From Myxococcota bacterium (GTDB lineage Bacteria; Myxococcota_A; Polyangia; Nannocystales; Nannocystaceae), in NCBI GenBank assembly GCA_039028615.1, contig JBCCHT010000017.1, positions 1 through 64,000 on the forward strand: DNA of 64,000 bases, given 5' to 3'. This document shows, piece by piece, positions 19,525-27,253 of this stretch (within the stretch, counting starts at the first letter, position 1; each line of letters starts with the position of its first letter). The position numbers were made by a program, and so were the translations under genes. The notes below the pieces were generated by a model. The model made no database searches. It was not told where the DNA came from and was given only the letters and a program-made list of their open reading frames with translations.

Positions 19525-21017
19525 GAGGCAACCTCCATGGGCTCGGCGTGGCGGACGGAGAGTTTTCCGCCCTCGCGGTGAAAGGACATCGTGGTGGGAC
19601 TCGGTGGCGGCGGGGGCTGGCCTTCCAGCACCGCATTGACGACCGCCGTGACCGGATGGCGATATTCGACGCAGAGCCGCGGGCCTCGGGTGCCATGGGG
19701 GCGAGCCGGGACGCCGCGGTTGGCCACGCGCGAGACGTCGTGGAGAAACGCGAAGGCCTCGCGCACCGCAGCGGGCAGCGTGGGCATGGTGCTCAACGCG
19801 ACGAAGCCCTCTTCTTTGGTGGGCACGCCCATCGAGCCCGCGGGGCGCTGCGCCAAGATCTCGCGCCAGGCCCCTTCGCGAGAGCCGAACACGGTGCAGG
19901 CGAGGAGATCGGCCAAGGGCGGGAGCACGCGGATCTGCCTGAGCAGGCGATCGCTGGCTTCGCGCCACGCCGCGGTCGGCACGGCGGCGAGGCTCTGGTC
20001 GACCTCCAACGCCCCCGATTCGTGGGCGCGCAGGCGCTCGCCCTCTTCGAGCAGGGCTCGAACCTGGCGCTGGGCCGCAGCCAACGACGCGGGGCCGGGC
20101 TGCCCCAGCCGCTCGAGCACGGCCGTCTTCGGAGACGGCGAGCGATGACACCGTCGCCCCGACTGCGCCAGGGCCCGCAACGCCACGATCCCGGGCAGCG
20201 CAGCCAGGGCCGACAGCGAGCGCCGCACGATGGGCAGCTGCGCGCTATGGCACTCGAGCACCACCGACCGCAGGTTCGGGCAGCGATCGATCGCGTGCGC
20301 CACCAGCTCGACCAACTCGGGCAGCAGGTCGTGACCGTGCTCTTCGTCGTACCAGCGGGGCCCAGGCACCCGACGACCGCCCGAGACGTGCAGCTCGACC
20401 ACGTGGTCCAGGGGCAGGCGGTCGAGACACTCCAGCGGATCGATGCCTTCGAGCTGCGCCGCCACCAGCCAGTGACTGACGTCGAGCACGATCCCGCAGC
20501 CACACGCCTCGGTCAGCGCGGTGAACAACTCCGCGGGACGCAGGGGCCCGATCTCCAGCGGCAGCGGCGGAAGCTCGCACAAGAAGGGCCGCCCCAAGGC
20601 CGCGCACAGATCGGCATGACGACGCGCCACCAACTGCACCGCCCGCTCGTCGAGCACGGGCGGCCAGAACGGCCCCGCCACGGGCACCTGCCCCTCGAGC
20701 CGCCACACGGCCAGGTCCTCGACCACCCACACCGCGCCCAGGGCGTCGGCCACCGCTCGAGTCTGCGCGAGCAGCTCGGCGGGCATGGGATCGGTGGAGA
20801 TCGGCGACAGGCGGCTACCGTGCAGGCTCACCGACAGCGACGACGGCAGCCGTGACGCGAGCTCACCGAAGTCCAGCTCGGGGTCGAAGGGCTCGACGAA
20901 GTCGACGTGCGCCCGAACCTGCGGATCATCGAGGCGCGAGTCGTACTCGTGTCCGGCGATGCCCAGGCCGAGCCCGAGCACGGGGAGCGATTGAAGTGCA
21001 GAGGTCATGCGCGGCAC
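19521..21017 (-). CDS. DUF692 / MNIO (multinuclear non-heme iron oxidative enzyme) with C-terminal extension
   Basis: LGLGLG, SLHGSRLS, W..EDL, LCELPP, CGIVLDVSH, LPLDHVVELHVSGG, DEEHG, VVLEC. Confidence 0.85.
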   Translation of the reverse strand: MPRMTSALQSLPVLGLGLGIAGHEYDSRLDDPQVRAHVDFVEPFDPELDFGELASRLPSSLSVSLHGSRLSPISTDPMPAELLAQTRAVADALGAVWVVEDLAVWRLEGQVPVAGPFWPPVLDERAVQLVARRHADLCAALGRPFLCELPPLPLEIGPLRPAELFTALTEACGCGIVLDVSHWLVAAQLEGIDPLECLDRLPLDHVVELHVSGGRRVPGPRWYDEEHGHDLLPELVELVAHAIDRCPNLRSVVLECHSAQLPIVRRSLSALAALPGIVALRALAQSGRRCHRSPSPKTAVLERLGQPGPASLAAAQRQVRALLEEGERLRAHESGALEVDQSLAAVPTAAWREASDRLLRQIRVLPPLADLLACTVFGSREGAWREILAQRPAGSMGVPTKEEGFVALSTMPTLPAAVREAFAFLHDVSRVANRGVPARPHGTRGPRLCVEYRHPVTAVVNAVLEGQPPPPPSPTTMSFHREGGKLSVRHAEPMEVAS

Positions 21018-21020
21018 CGT

Positions 21021-22517
21021 TCAGCGGGAGAGGTTGAGCACGGGGAGATGGCGAGGCGAGGCAGTGGCGGGGCGCGTGGGCACCAGGCCGTAGTCGCTCA
21101 GGTCCGTGGCGGCGTAGGCCTGCTCGACGGGGACCAGCGGCGTGTAGTGCTGTCGGACCAGGGCGGCCAGCACCTGCCGATGCGAGCGGGCGAGATCGGC
21201 GTACAGCTCGAGGGTCAGGCCGATCAGGGACTTGCGCCCGTCACAGGCCTCCTCGATCACCCCGTCGTATCCGCGCCCGGCCGAGTGCGCCCGGTGGTAG
21301 CACTCGCCCCCGCAGGCATGGCGGGCCCAGCAGCTGCGGCAGGGCTCGCGCTGGTCGACCCGCTTGGCCAACGGCACCCGGCGCTGGGCCGAGGTCAGCC
21401 CGTCCCGCACGTGCCCCAAGGCGAAGTCGTCCTCCTCGAGGAAGTGATGGCAGGGGTACAGCGTGCCGCTCGGGGCCACGCCGAGCGAGGAGACCCCCGT
21501 GGTGCAGGGATACCAGCTGGTCACGTTGGCGCGGCGCTCGACCAAGCGACCCAGGATGTTGGAGAAGGGGGCGACGGCCAGCACCTCGCCCGCGAGCAGC
21601 CGCTCCCGATACCAGTGCATCAGCTCGACCACGTCGGGCACGTCGCCGCGGCGGCCGAACCCGTCCTCGCCGTAGGCCGTCTGGATGTGGATGTCGTTGA
21701 AGCCGAGGTCTCGGAACCAGCGCGCCAGCGGGAGGATGGCCCGGGCCTCGGCCGCCACCGCGTTGACCCGACGCCAAGGGATCGCCAGCCGATCCATCAT
21801 GCGACGAATGTTGCGGAGCACCAGCTTGGCCGTGCCTCGGCCGTTCTTGAACACCCGGTGCGCGTCGTTGATGGTGGGCGGCCCGTCGAGGCTCACCACC
21901 ACGCCGATCTCGTTGTCGTTGATCCAGTCGATGAGTTCGTCGGTGACCCCGGTGCCGTTGGTATAGACGCTGACCGACAGGGTGATGCCCCGCTCGGCGC
22001 AGCGCTGCCGGCCATAGGCGACCATCTCGTATAGGCGTGCCTTCTCGAGCAGGGGCTCGCCGCCGATGAAGCACAGCGACAGCTGCTTCTCGTCGCCCGC
22101 CTGGTCGACGAAGGCGTCGATGGTCTCGCGACCGACCTGCGCCGACATGCCGCGCGGGACCTCGCTGCCCTTGCGATCTTTGCTGTCGAGCTCGTTGTAG
22201 CAGTAGCTACAGCCCATATTGCAGTGATAGGTGTTGCCCACGTTGAGCCGCGTGAGCACCTTGGCGACCCCTTCGGCCGCGGTGAACGAGGGCGGGCGCG
22301 TGATCACGGGCAAGACCCGCTGCAGCGCGGCGAGGTCGTCGGCACTCGGCTCCGCGCTGGCCCTTCGCCCTTCGGCCATCGCCTCGGCCCGCCGCATGAG
22401 CTCGGCCGGTCCGCGGATCACGGCCATGCTGTCGGGGTTGTAGAGAATCCGCCGCCCGTCGTCGGGCGCGATGGGATCCAGCCCCTCGATGGGTCGGGGT
22501 CGTGATTCGGTCGTCAT
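21021..22517 (-). CDS. Radical SAM/SPASM peptide maturase
   Basis: CNMGCSYC, FIGGEPLL, TNG, SLDG; SPASM CTTG...G.LYPCH, CRSCWARHACGGEC...C; N-terminal ILYNPDSM segment could be an RRE. Confidence 0.92.
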   Translation of the reverse strand: MTTESRPRPIEGLDPIAPDDGRRILYNPDSMAVIRGPAELMRRAEAMAEGRRASAEPSADDLAALQRVLPVITRPPSFTAAEGVAKVLTRLNVGNTYHCNMGCSYCYNELDSKDRKGSEVPRGMSAQVGRETIDAFVDQAGDEKQLSLCFIGGEPLLEKARLYEMVAYGRQRCAERGITLSVSVYTNGTGVTDELIDWINDNEIGVVVSLDGPPTINDAHRVFKNGRGTAKLVLRNIRRMMDRLAIPWRRVNAVAAEARAILPLARWFRDLGFNDIHIQTAYGEDGFGRRGDVPDVVELMHWYRERLLAGEVLAVAPFSNILGRLVERRANVTSWYPCTTGVSSLGVAPSGTLYPCHHFLEEDDFALGHVRDGLTSAQRRVPLAKRVDQREPCRSCWARHACGGECYHRAHSAGRGYDGVIEEACDGRKSLIGLTLELYADLARSHRQVLAALVRQHYTPLVPVEQAYAATDLSDYGLVPTRPATASPRHLPVLNLSR

Positions 22518-22537
22518 GCGTGCTCGTCCTCGGCTCG

Positions 22538-22582
22538 AGAAAAGGGAGCCACCGCGAAGCCCCGGAGGGCTCCGCGGCAGCC
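22538..22582 (-). terminator. Strong hairpin with U-tract between precursor and maturase genes
   Basis: On the minus strand GGCTGCCGCGGAGCCC-TCCG-GGGCTTCGCGGTGGCT forms 16 bp with G-U pairs, then CCCTTTTCT. Confidence 0.65.
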
Positions 22583-22590
22583 GTACGGGC

Positions 22591-22755
22591 TCAGTTCGGC
22601 GAGGGCTCGACCGCGCTGATGTTGCAGGCCACGACGATGCAGTTCGCCGATCGGCCGCCGATCACCTTCTCCAGGTCCTCGATGTCGATGTCGACGATGT
22701 CGAGCTCCCGGTCATCTCGTTCGTTGTCTCGAGTGGGGTTCTTCGGTTCGTTCAT
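22591..22755 (-). CDS. RiPP precursor peptide (54 aa, double-glycine leader)
   Basis: MNEPKNPTRDNERDDRELDIVDIDIEDLEKVIGG-RSANCIVVACNISAVEPSPN; first gene of the maturase operon. Confidence 0.85.
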   Translation of the reverse strand: MNEPKNPTRDNERDDRELDIVDIDIEDLEKVIGGRSANCIVVACNISAVEPSPN

Positions 22756-23213
22756 GTTGTTTTTCGTTGTGTTGTTGTTGGGGAAAACGAGCGCACCAAC
22801 GAGGCGCACCCGCGTCGTTCGAGCTCGGCACACGAAGATGCGTGCACCGGCCCAAGGGACGTTCGATGGTTCGAGCCACACGGGTCCGCCACCAGCAACG
22901 GGGGGCCCGGGTCCGAAGGTTGTCAGCGTAGGGTTTCGGATCAGGGGGGCCACCGACGCGGGCCCCCTTTGCACAACATGCGCAACGCTCAGGGTTCGTT
23001 TGTCATCGCTCGAGTCGGTCGCCTCAAAAGTCCACCAGGCGTCCGACTGTCAAATCCAAGAAGTCGTCGACCCCGAGTTGCACGCCGCGTACCAAGGCGC
23101 GCCGCCGGCGAAATCGCGGTGCTCGGGGCTATGCTCCCGGTTTCGGCCTACAGGGCGGAGACCACAGATCGTAGGGTCGAGCCTACAGCGGCCGTGCTAC
23201 AAGAACCTCGGCC

Positions 23214-24059
23214 ATGACCGACGCCAAGGTTCCCATCTACGAGGTGGTGCTGACCGCGAGCGATCTCGACATCGAGGTCCGCGTCAACGACGTGCCGGTC
23301 ATGCGGGTCGGCGGCGGCCATGTCGAGACCAAGTTCGACGTCAACCCGCACGTGTTCACGGGCAAAAACCACCTGGGGGCCGTGGTCCGGCCCCCCGGCG
23401 ACGCCCCGAACTATTCTCCGGGAGCACGAGCGGAGATCGAGCTGCGCGTGCTCGGTTTTCCCGGCAACGACCTGGTCGACCCTCGCGGCCGACTCGTCTT
23501 CGAGGCGAGCGGGGTCGAGGCGGGCGAGGCCTTCGCTCACTCGTGGACGCCCGAGGGCGCCGAGCCGGTCGTGCGTCAGGCTCGGGCCGGCCTCGCCTTT
23601 CGCTCGCGGATCCCCGTCGATCTCATGACCCCCTTTCCACCGTGGGGTTGGCTGAGCGCCGACACCCTCAACGACGGACCGGTCGTCTTCGACGAGCTGC
23701 ACACCGAGCTCGAGGCGCTGTGGAGTCTGGTGCAATCCAAGGACACGGCCACGCTCGAGGCGGTCGCGGCCGAGCAAGCCATCGATTGGCAGATCGCCTA
23801 CGGCCTCGACAGCGAGGACGAAGCGCAGCGCCTGCTGGGCGTCGCCGACACGCTGGGCGATCCCGACGTGGAAGCCCTGCCGCTGCCCGATCCGGGCGAT
23901 CTACGGCTGCAGCTGCTCGGCTTCCGCAAGCTGGCACGGTTGGTCGACGCGGACGGCAAGGATCCGATCACCCTCGGCGTCCGCAATGCCCCCCACATGA
24001 CCGGGCGATTCACGGCGATGTTCTGCCGCCGTGACGGATCCTGGGTCATGATTCGGTAG
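23214..24059 (+). CDS. Hypothetical protein
   Basis: 281-aa ORF with good codon pattern; N-terminal DIEVRVNDVPV; no function recognised. Confidence 0.7.
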   Translation: MTDAKVPIYEVVLTASDLDIEVRVNDVPVMRVGGGHVETKFDVNPHVFTGKNHLGAVVRPPGDAPNYSPGARAEIELRVLGFPGNDLVDPRGRLVFEASGVEAGEAFAHSWTPEGAEPVVRQARAGLAFRSRIPVDLMTPFPPWGWLSADTLNDGPVVFDELHTELEALWSLVQSKDTATLEAVAAEQAIDWQIAYGLDSEDEAQRLLGVADTLGDPDVEALPLPDPGDLRLQLLGFRKLARLVDADGKDPITLGVRNAPHMTGRFTAMFCRRDGSWVMIR

Positions 24060-24080
24060 GCGTCGGCCTGAAATCATCGC

Positions 24081-24129
24081 GACCCCGCGACGCCCCCCAT
24101 GCAATGGGTTTCGGGCCGGTCGCGGGGTC
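24081..24129. terminator. Inverted repeat between convergent ORFs
   Basis: GACCCCGCGAC...GTCGCGGGGTC with an inner CCCAT..ATGGG pairing. Confidence 0.45.
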
Positions 24130-24161
24130 TGCTGTTTGGGGTTTGAACTTCGGGTCCTGCT

Positions 24162-24308
24162 TCAGGCGCGGTGGCGGAGCGGCCGCTTCGGGGCCAAGCG
24201 ACGGTTGGACCAGTCGCGGTCGAGAAGGCCTTCGCGGGTCAGTGCCAGGGCGCTCGAGCCCAGGACGAGAGTCAACATCGCACAGGTCAGGATGGTGAAG
24301 ATGCTCAT
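24162..24308 (-). CDS. Putative 48-aa small membrane or secreted protein
   Basis: MSIFTILTCAMLTLVLGSSALALTREG...; purine-rich RBS AGGGGAAAGGGAAA; sigma54-like motif upstream. Confidence 0.45.
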   Translation of the reverse strand: MSIFTILTCAMLTLVLGSSALALTREGLLDRDWSNRRLAPKRPLRHRA

Positions 24309-24355
24309 GACGTTTCCCTTTCCCCTAGAGGTCAGAGGAAGTTGGCCTCCCCCTA

Positions 24356-24372
24356 TGCGATGGGCGTGCCAA
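24356..24372 (-). promoter_or_regulatory. Putative sigma54 (-24/-12) promoter
   Basis: Minus strand TTGGCACGCCCATCGCA = TGGCAC plus GG-N10-GC spacing. Confidence 0.55.
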
Positions 24373-24550
24373 CCCATGGCCTCAGCCAACCTCCCGAATT
24401 CATGTGGTTCCTGATGGGACTCAACGCACTGGCAAGCATCGTGGCCAGGCAAGGCCTCGGATCGAGCCTCGAGCTGGCTACCGGTGTGGCCGATCGGGCC
24501 GTAAACGCGCCCCCAGTGGCAGGCACCGTAGCCAGCCCCGATGGGCGGCT

Positions 24551-25510
24551 ATGATTCAGCCGATGCTGGCCGGGGAAACACGGCTAGCGGCGACGCGCGA
24601 ATTCGCAGTACACCGAGGTCCTCTCGTGGTCATGAAGCCCGGCCAGCGCTACGGCGCGTTCCAAATCATCGAGCACATCGGCTCGGGCAGTTTTGGGCAC
24701 GTTTACCGAGCAAAAGATCCTCGCTTCAAGCAACACATCGCGCTCAAGGTGTCGCTCGCCCCGGTGACCGCGGTCGACGTCGCCCAGCGAGCGCTGCGAG
24801 AGGTCGCGGTCATGCGAACGCTGACCAACGCGCATGCGGTCAACATCTACGACTGCGGCCTGCAACGCGACGGTCACATCTTCGTGGTGATGGACCTGCT
24901 CGACGGGCTACCCCTCGATCGCTGGCACGACTTCGATCGTCCCCTGGCGCCGGGCTGGGTCTGCCACGTCATGCACCAGTGTTGCTTGGGGCTGGTGGAG
25001 GCGCACGACCGCGGCATCGTGCATCGCGATCTCAAGCCGGCCAACATCTTCGTGCAAGAGGACGTCTACGTCCGGGTGCTCGACTTCGGGCTCGCCCGCT
25101 CCTGGGACGACAGCTCGATCATCGGCAGTGACGCCACGGGCACGCACATGCTGGTGGGCACCGCTCACTATGCGCAGCCCGAGCAGATGAAGACCCGCGA
25201 GCTCACCCCCGCGGCCGATGTCTACAGCCTGGGCATGGTGATGTACGAGCTCGCCACCGGGCATACCCCCTTCGTCGCGGACAAGTCGGTGAGCCAGGTG
25301 ATCGACGAGTGGCGCAAGACGCCGATCGCCTGGATGCGCGGCCACACGGGCGCCGCCATCGTGCCGCCCTCCCGCTACCTGCCGCCGGGTCACGAGGACC
25401 TCGAGCGAGTCATGATGCAGATGCTCGACAAGGATCCGAGCAAGCGGCCGCCCAACGCCCGCGTGCTGGCCGACCTCATCGAAGAAGCCTGGCCCGCCAC
25501 AGACGAGTAG
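24551..25510 (+). CDS. Hanks-type Ser/Thr protein kinase
   Basis: IGSGSFGHVY, IALKV, HRDLKPANIF, VLDFGLAR, GTAHYAQPE, DVYSLG; start 24551 or 24632. Confidence 0.93.
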   Translation: MIQPMLAGETRLAATREFAVHRGPLVVMKPGQRYGAFQIIEHIGSGSFGHVYRAKDPRFKQHIALKVSLAPVTAVDVAQRALREVAVMRTLTNAHAVNIYDCGLQRDGHIFVVMDLLDGLPLDRWHDFDRPLAPGWVCHVMHQCCLGLVEAHDRGIVHRDLKPANIFVQEDVYVRVLDFGLARSWDDSSIIGSDATGTHMLVGTAHYAQPEQMKTRELTPAADVYSLGMVMYELATGHTPFVADKSVSQVIDEWRKTPIAWMRGHTGAAIVPPSRYLPPGHEDLERVMMQMLDKDPSKRPPNARVLADLIEEAWPATDE

Positions 25511-25514
25511 GGCC

Positions 25515-26837
25515 TCAGCTCGACTCGGCCGCCTGCGCCCAGGCACGCCAGCTCTCGCAGACGTCGCGGCCTTCGGTGGCGCGCTCGATCTCCTGACGGA
25601 TGGCGTCGCCGAGGCTCTCGATCTCGTCGTAGGACACCGGGCCCTCGTGGAAGATGTGGGCGTCGCCCAGATCGAAGGGGCTGGTGTGCTCCGAGGGCGT
25701 GCAGGTCAGCTCGAAGACCACGCGCCCGGGCGGGCCCTCGGCCGTCAGGCGCAGGCCCTCGGCGTAGGTATCGAGGGCGACGAGCGACCACCCGGCGAGG
25801 TCGCTGCCCGCGACGAAGGGCCCGAGGCGATCGATCCCCGTGCGTCGCGGGGTGTCGGGCTCGCCTGCGTCGCCGCGCGGGGATGATGCCGGCGAGCCCC
25901 CCGGAGGATCGGTCTCCTCCGCGTACCACCGATGGTAGCGAGCCCCCTGGTAGGCCATGCTGCCCAGCCAGCCCACCGCGAGCACTGCCACCAGCGGCTT
26001 GAAGATCCGCGTGTCGAGCACTCCGCCGGGCCTCGGCTCCGGCTCGGTCAGCTCGCGGAAGGGCCAGCCGAAGAGCACGAGCAGGAACATCGACTCGCCG
26101 TACATGATCCCGGTGAGCAAGAAGATGTTGAAGTGCATCCCCACCAGGCCCAAGGCGGCCACCGCCCGGAGCCGTCGCCCGCCGAGCATGCCGATACCCA
26201 GGCCCTCGACCACGATGGTGGCCACGGCGAACGCCACCGCGATGCCCGGCGAATGGGCGGCCCACACCCGATAGCCGTTGAGCCAGGTGTCGGCGACCAT
26301 CCCGGTCTGGTTGACCACCGAGGCCTGGATCGAGGTGCCGTCGATCCAGGCCAGGCCGCCGTAGAGCACCTTGCTGATCGACGCGCTGAAGTACGCCGCC
26401 CCCAAGAGCGCCCGCGAACCGGTGGCCGCGAAGACCTCGTCCTCCGGTTGCTCCCGCGACCTGGCCAGCGCGAGCCCGGCGAGCCACCCCAGCAGGGTCA
26501 AGCCGCTGAAGAACATGTGCCGCCAGGGCGAGCCGAACAGCTGGGTGTGCGCGGTGCTCAGCAAGACCAGCGCCCCCAAGGCCACGGCGCCCGAGCGCAG
26601 CCGACCGGGGCGCATGCCGAAGGACACCGCGCCCACGATGCCCACCACCATCAGCAGGCTCCGACCGGGCATCGACGACACCGCGCCCACCAACCAATTC
26701 CAGTCGGTGCTCGGTGCCCGCGCCCGGGCGTCAGCGACGAAGAAGAAGTAGGCGACCAGATCCAGCGCCACGACGGTGGCCAGGCCGATCCGGAGCGTGC
26801 GCGTGATGGAGCGATCGGTCACGGGGACACTCGACAC
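25515..26837 (-). CDS. Polytopic membrane protein (HTTM-like) with soluble C-terminal domain
   Basis: Multiple hydrophobic segments; YFSASISK, WIDGT, MHFNIFLLTGI. Confidence 0.6.
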   Translation of the reverse strand: MSSVPVTDRSITRTLRIGLATVVALDLVAYFFFVADARARAPSTDWNWLVGAVSSMPGRSLLMVVGIVGAVSFGMRPGRLRSGAVALGALVLLSTAHTQLFGSPWRHMFFSGLTLLGWLAGLALARSREQPEDEVFAATGSRALLGAAYFSASISKVLYGGLAWIDGTSIQASVVNQTGMVADTWLNGYRVWAAHSPGIAVAFAVATIVVEGLGIGMLGGRRLRAVAALGLVGMHFNIFLLTGIMYGESMFLLVLFGWPFRELTEPEPRPGGVLDTRIFKPLVAVLAVGWLGSMAYQGARYHRWYAEETDPPGGSPASSPRGDAGEPDTPRRTGIDRLGPFVAGSDLAGWSLVALDTYAEGLRLTAEGPPGRVVFELTCTPSEHTSPFDLGDAHIFHEGPVSYDEIESLGDAIRQEIERATEGRDVCESWRAWAQAAESS

Positions 26838-27253
26838 TCGGCGATGACGCAGTCCCCCGTCTGCCGCGGGGGCTCGCCCGCTTCGACCAGCCAGTTGCGT
26901 CGGATGATCTCCACCCGCTGCGGCCCGCCGCCGGGGTGGGTCTGCACGTAGTTGGCCGTGTCATCGTCCAGGTACTGGATGGTCGGCGACTCGTTGCAGA
27001 TGCTCTCCTTGGTGTCGATCGGCACGCTGCAATCGAAGGCGTCGTACGAGGTGATCGAGTGCACCTGCCCTCGATCGTCGCGCGCCAGCAGGTAGCTGGC
27101 TTGGCGCTCGGGCACGGTGGAGTACATGGAGAAGGTGTCGAAGGGATAGATGAGCGAGGCGATCTGCGTGCCGCGGGCCAGGTCGAAGCGCGCGATCCAG
27201 GCCACCAGCAGGTAGCCCAGCGCGCACAGGACCCCGAAGCGCAGCGAGCTCAT
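26819..27253 (-). CDS. Hypothetical membrane-anchored protein
   Basis: N-terminal TM helix; YPFDTFSMYS; ATGA overlap with the upstream gene. Confidence 0.6.
   Translation of the reverse strand: MSSLRFGVLCALGYLLVAWIARFDLARGTQIASLIYPFDTFSMYSTVPERQASYLLARDDRGQVHSITSYDAFDCSVPIDTKESICNESPTIQYLDDDTANYVQTHPGGGPQRVEIIRRNWLVEAGEPPRQTGDCVIAECRVSP

Noticed and set aside
16375..20151. Long N-terminal extensions on the YcaO and TfuA ORFs in the ORF track
   Set aside because: They overlap upstream genes; internal starts give short coupled overlaps and match family N-termini
22800..23200. Riboswitch or second precursor upstream of the RiPP operon
   Set aside because: GC-rich hairpins are present but no recognisable aptamer and no second ORF with a similar leader
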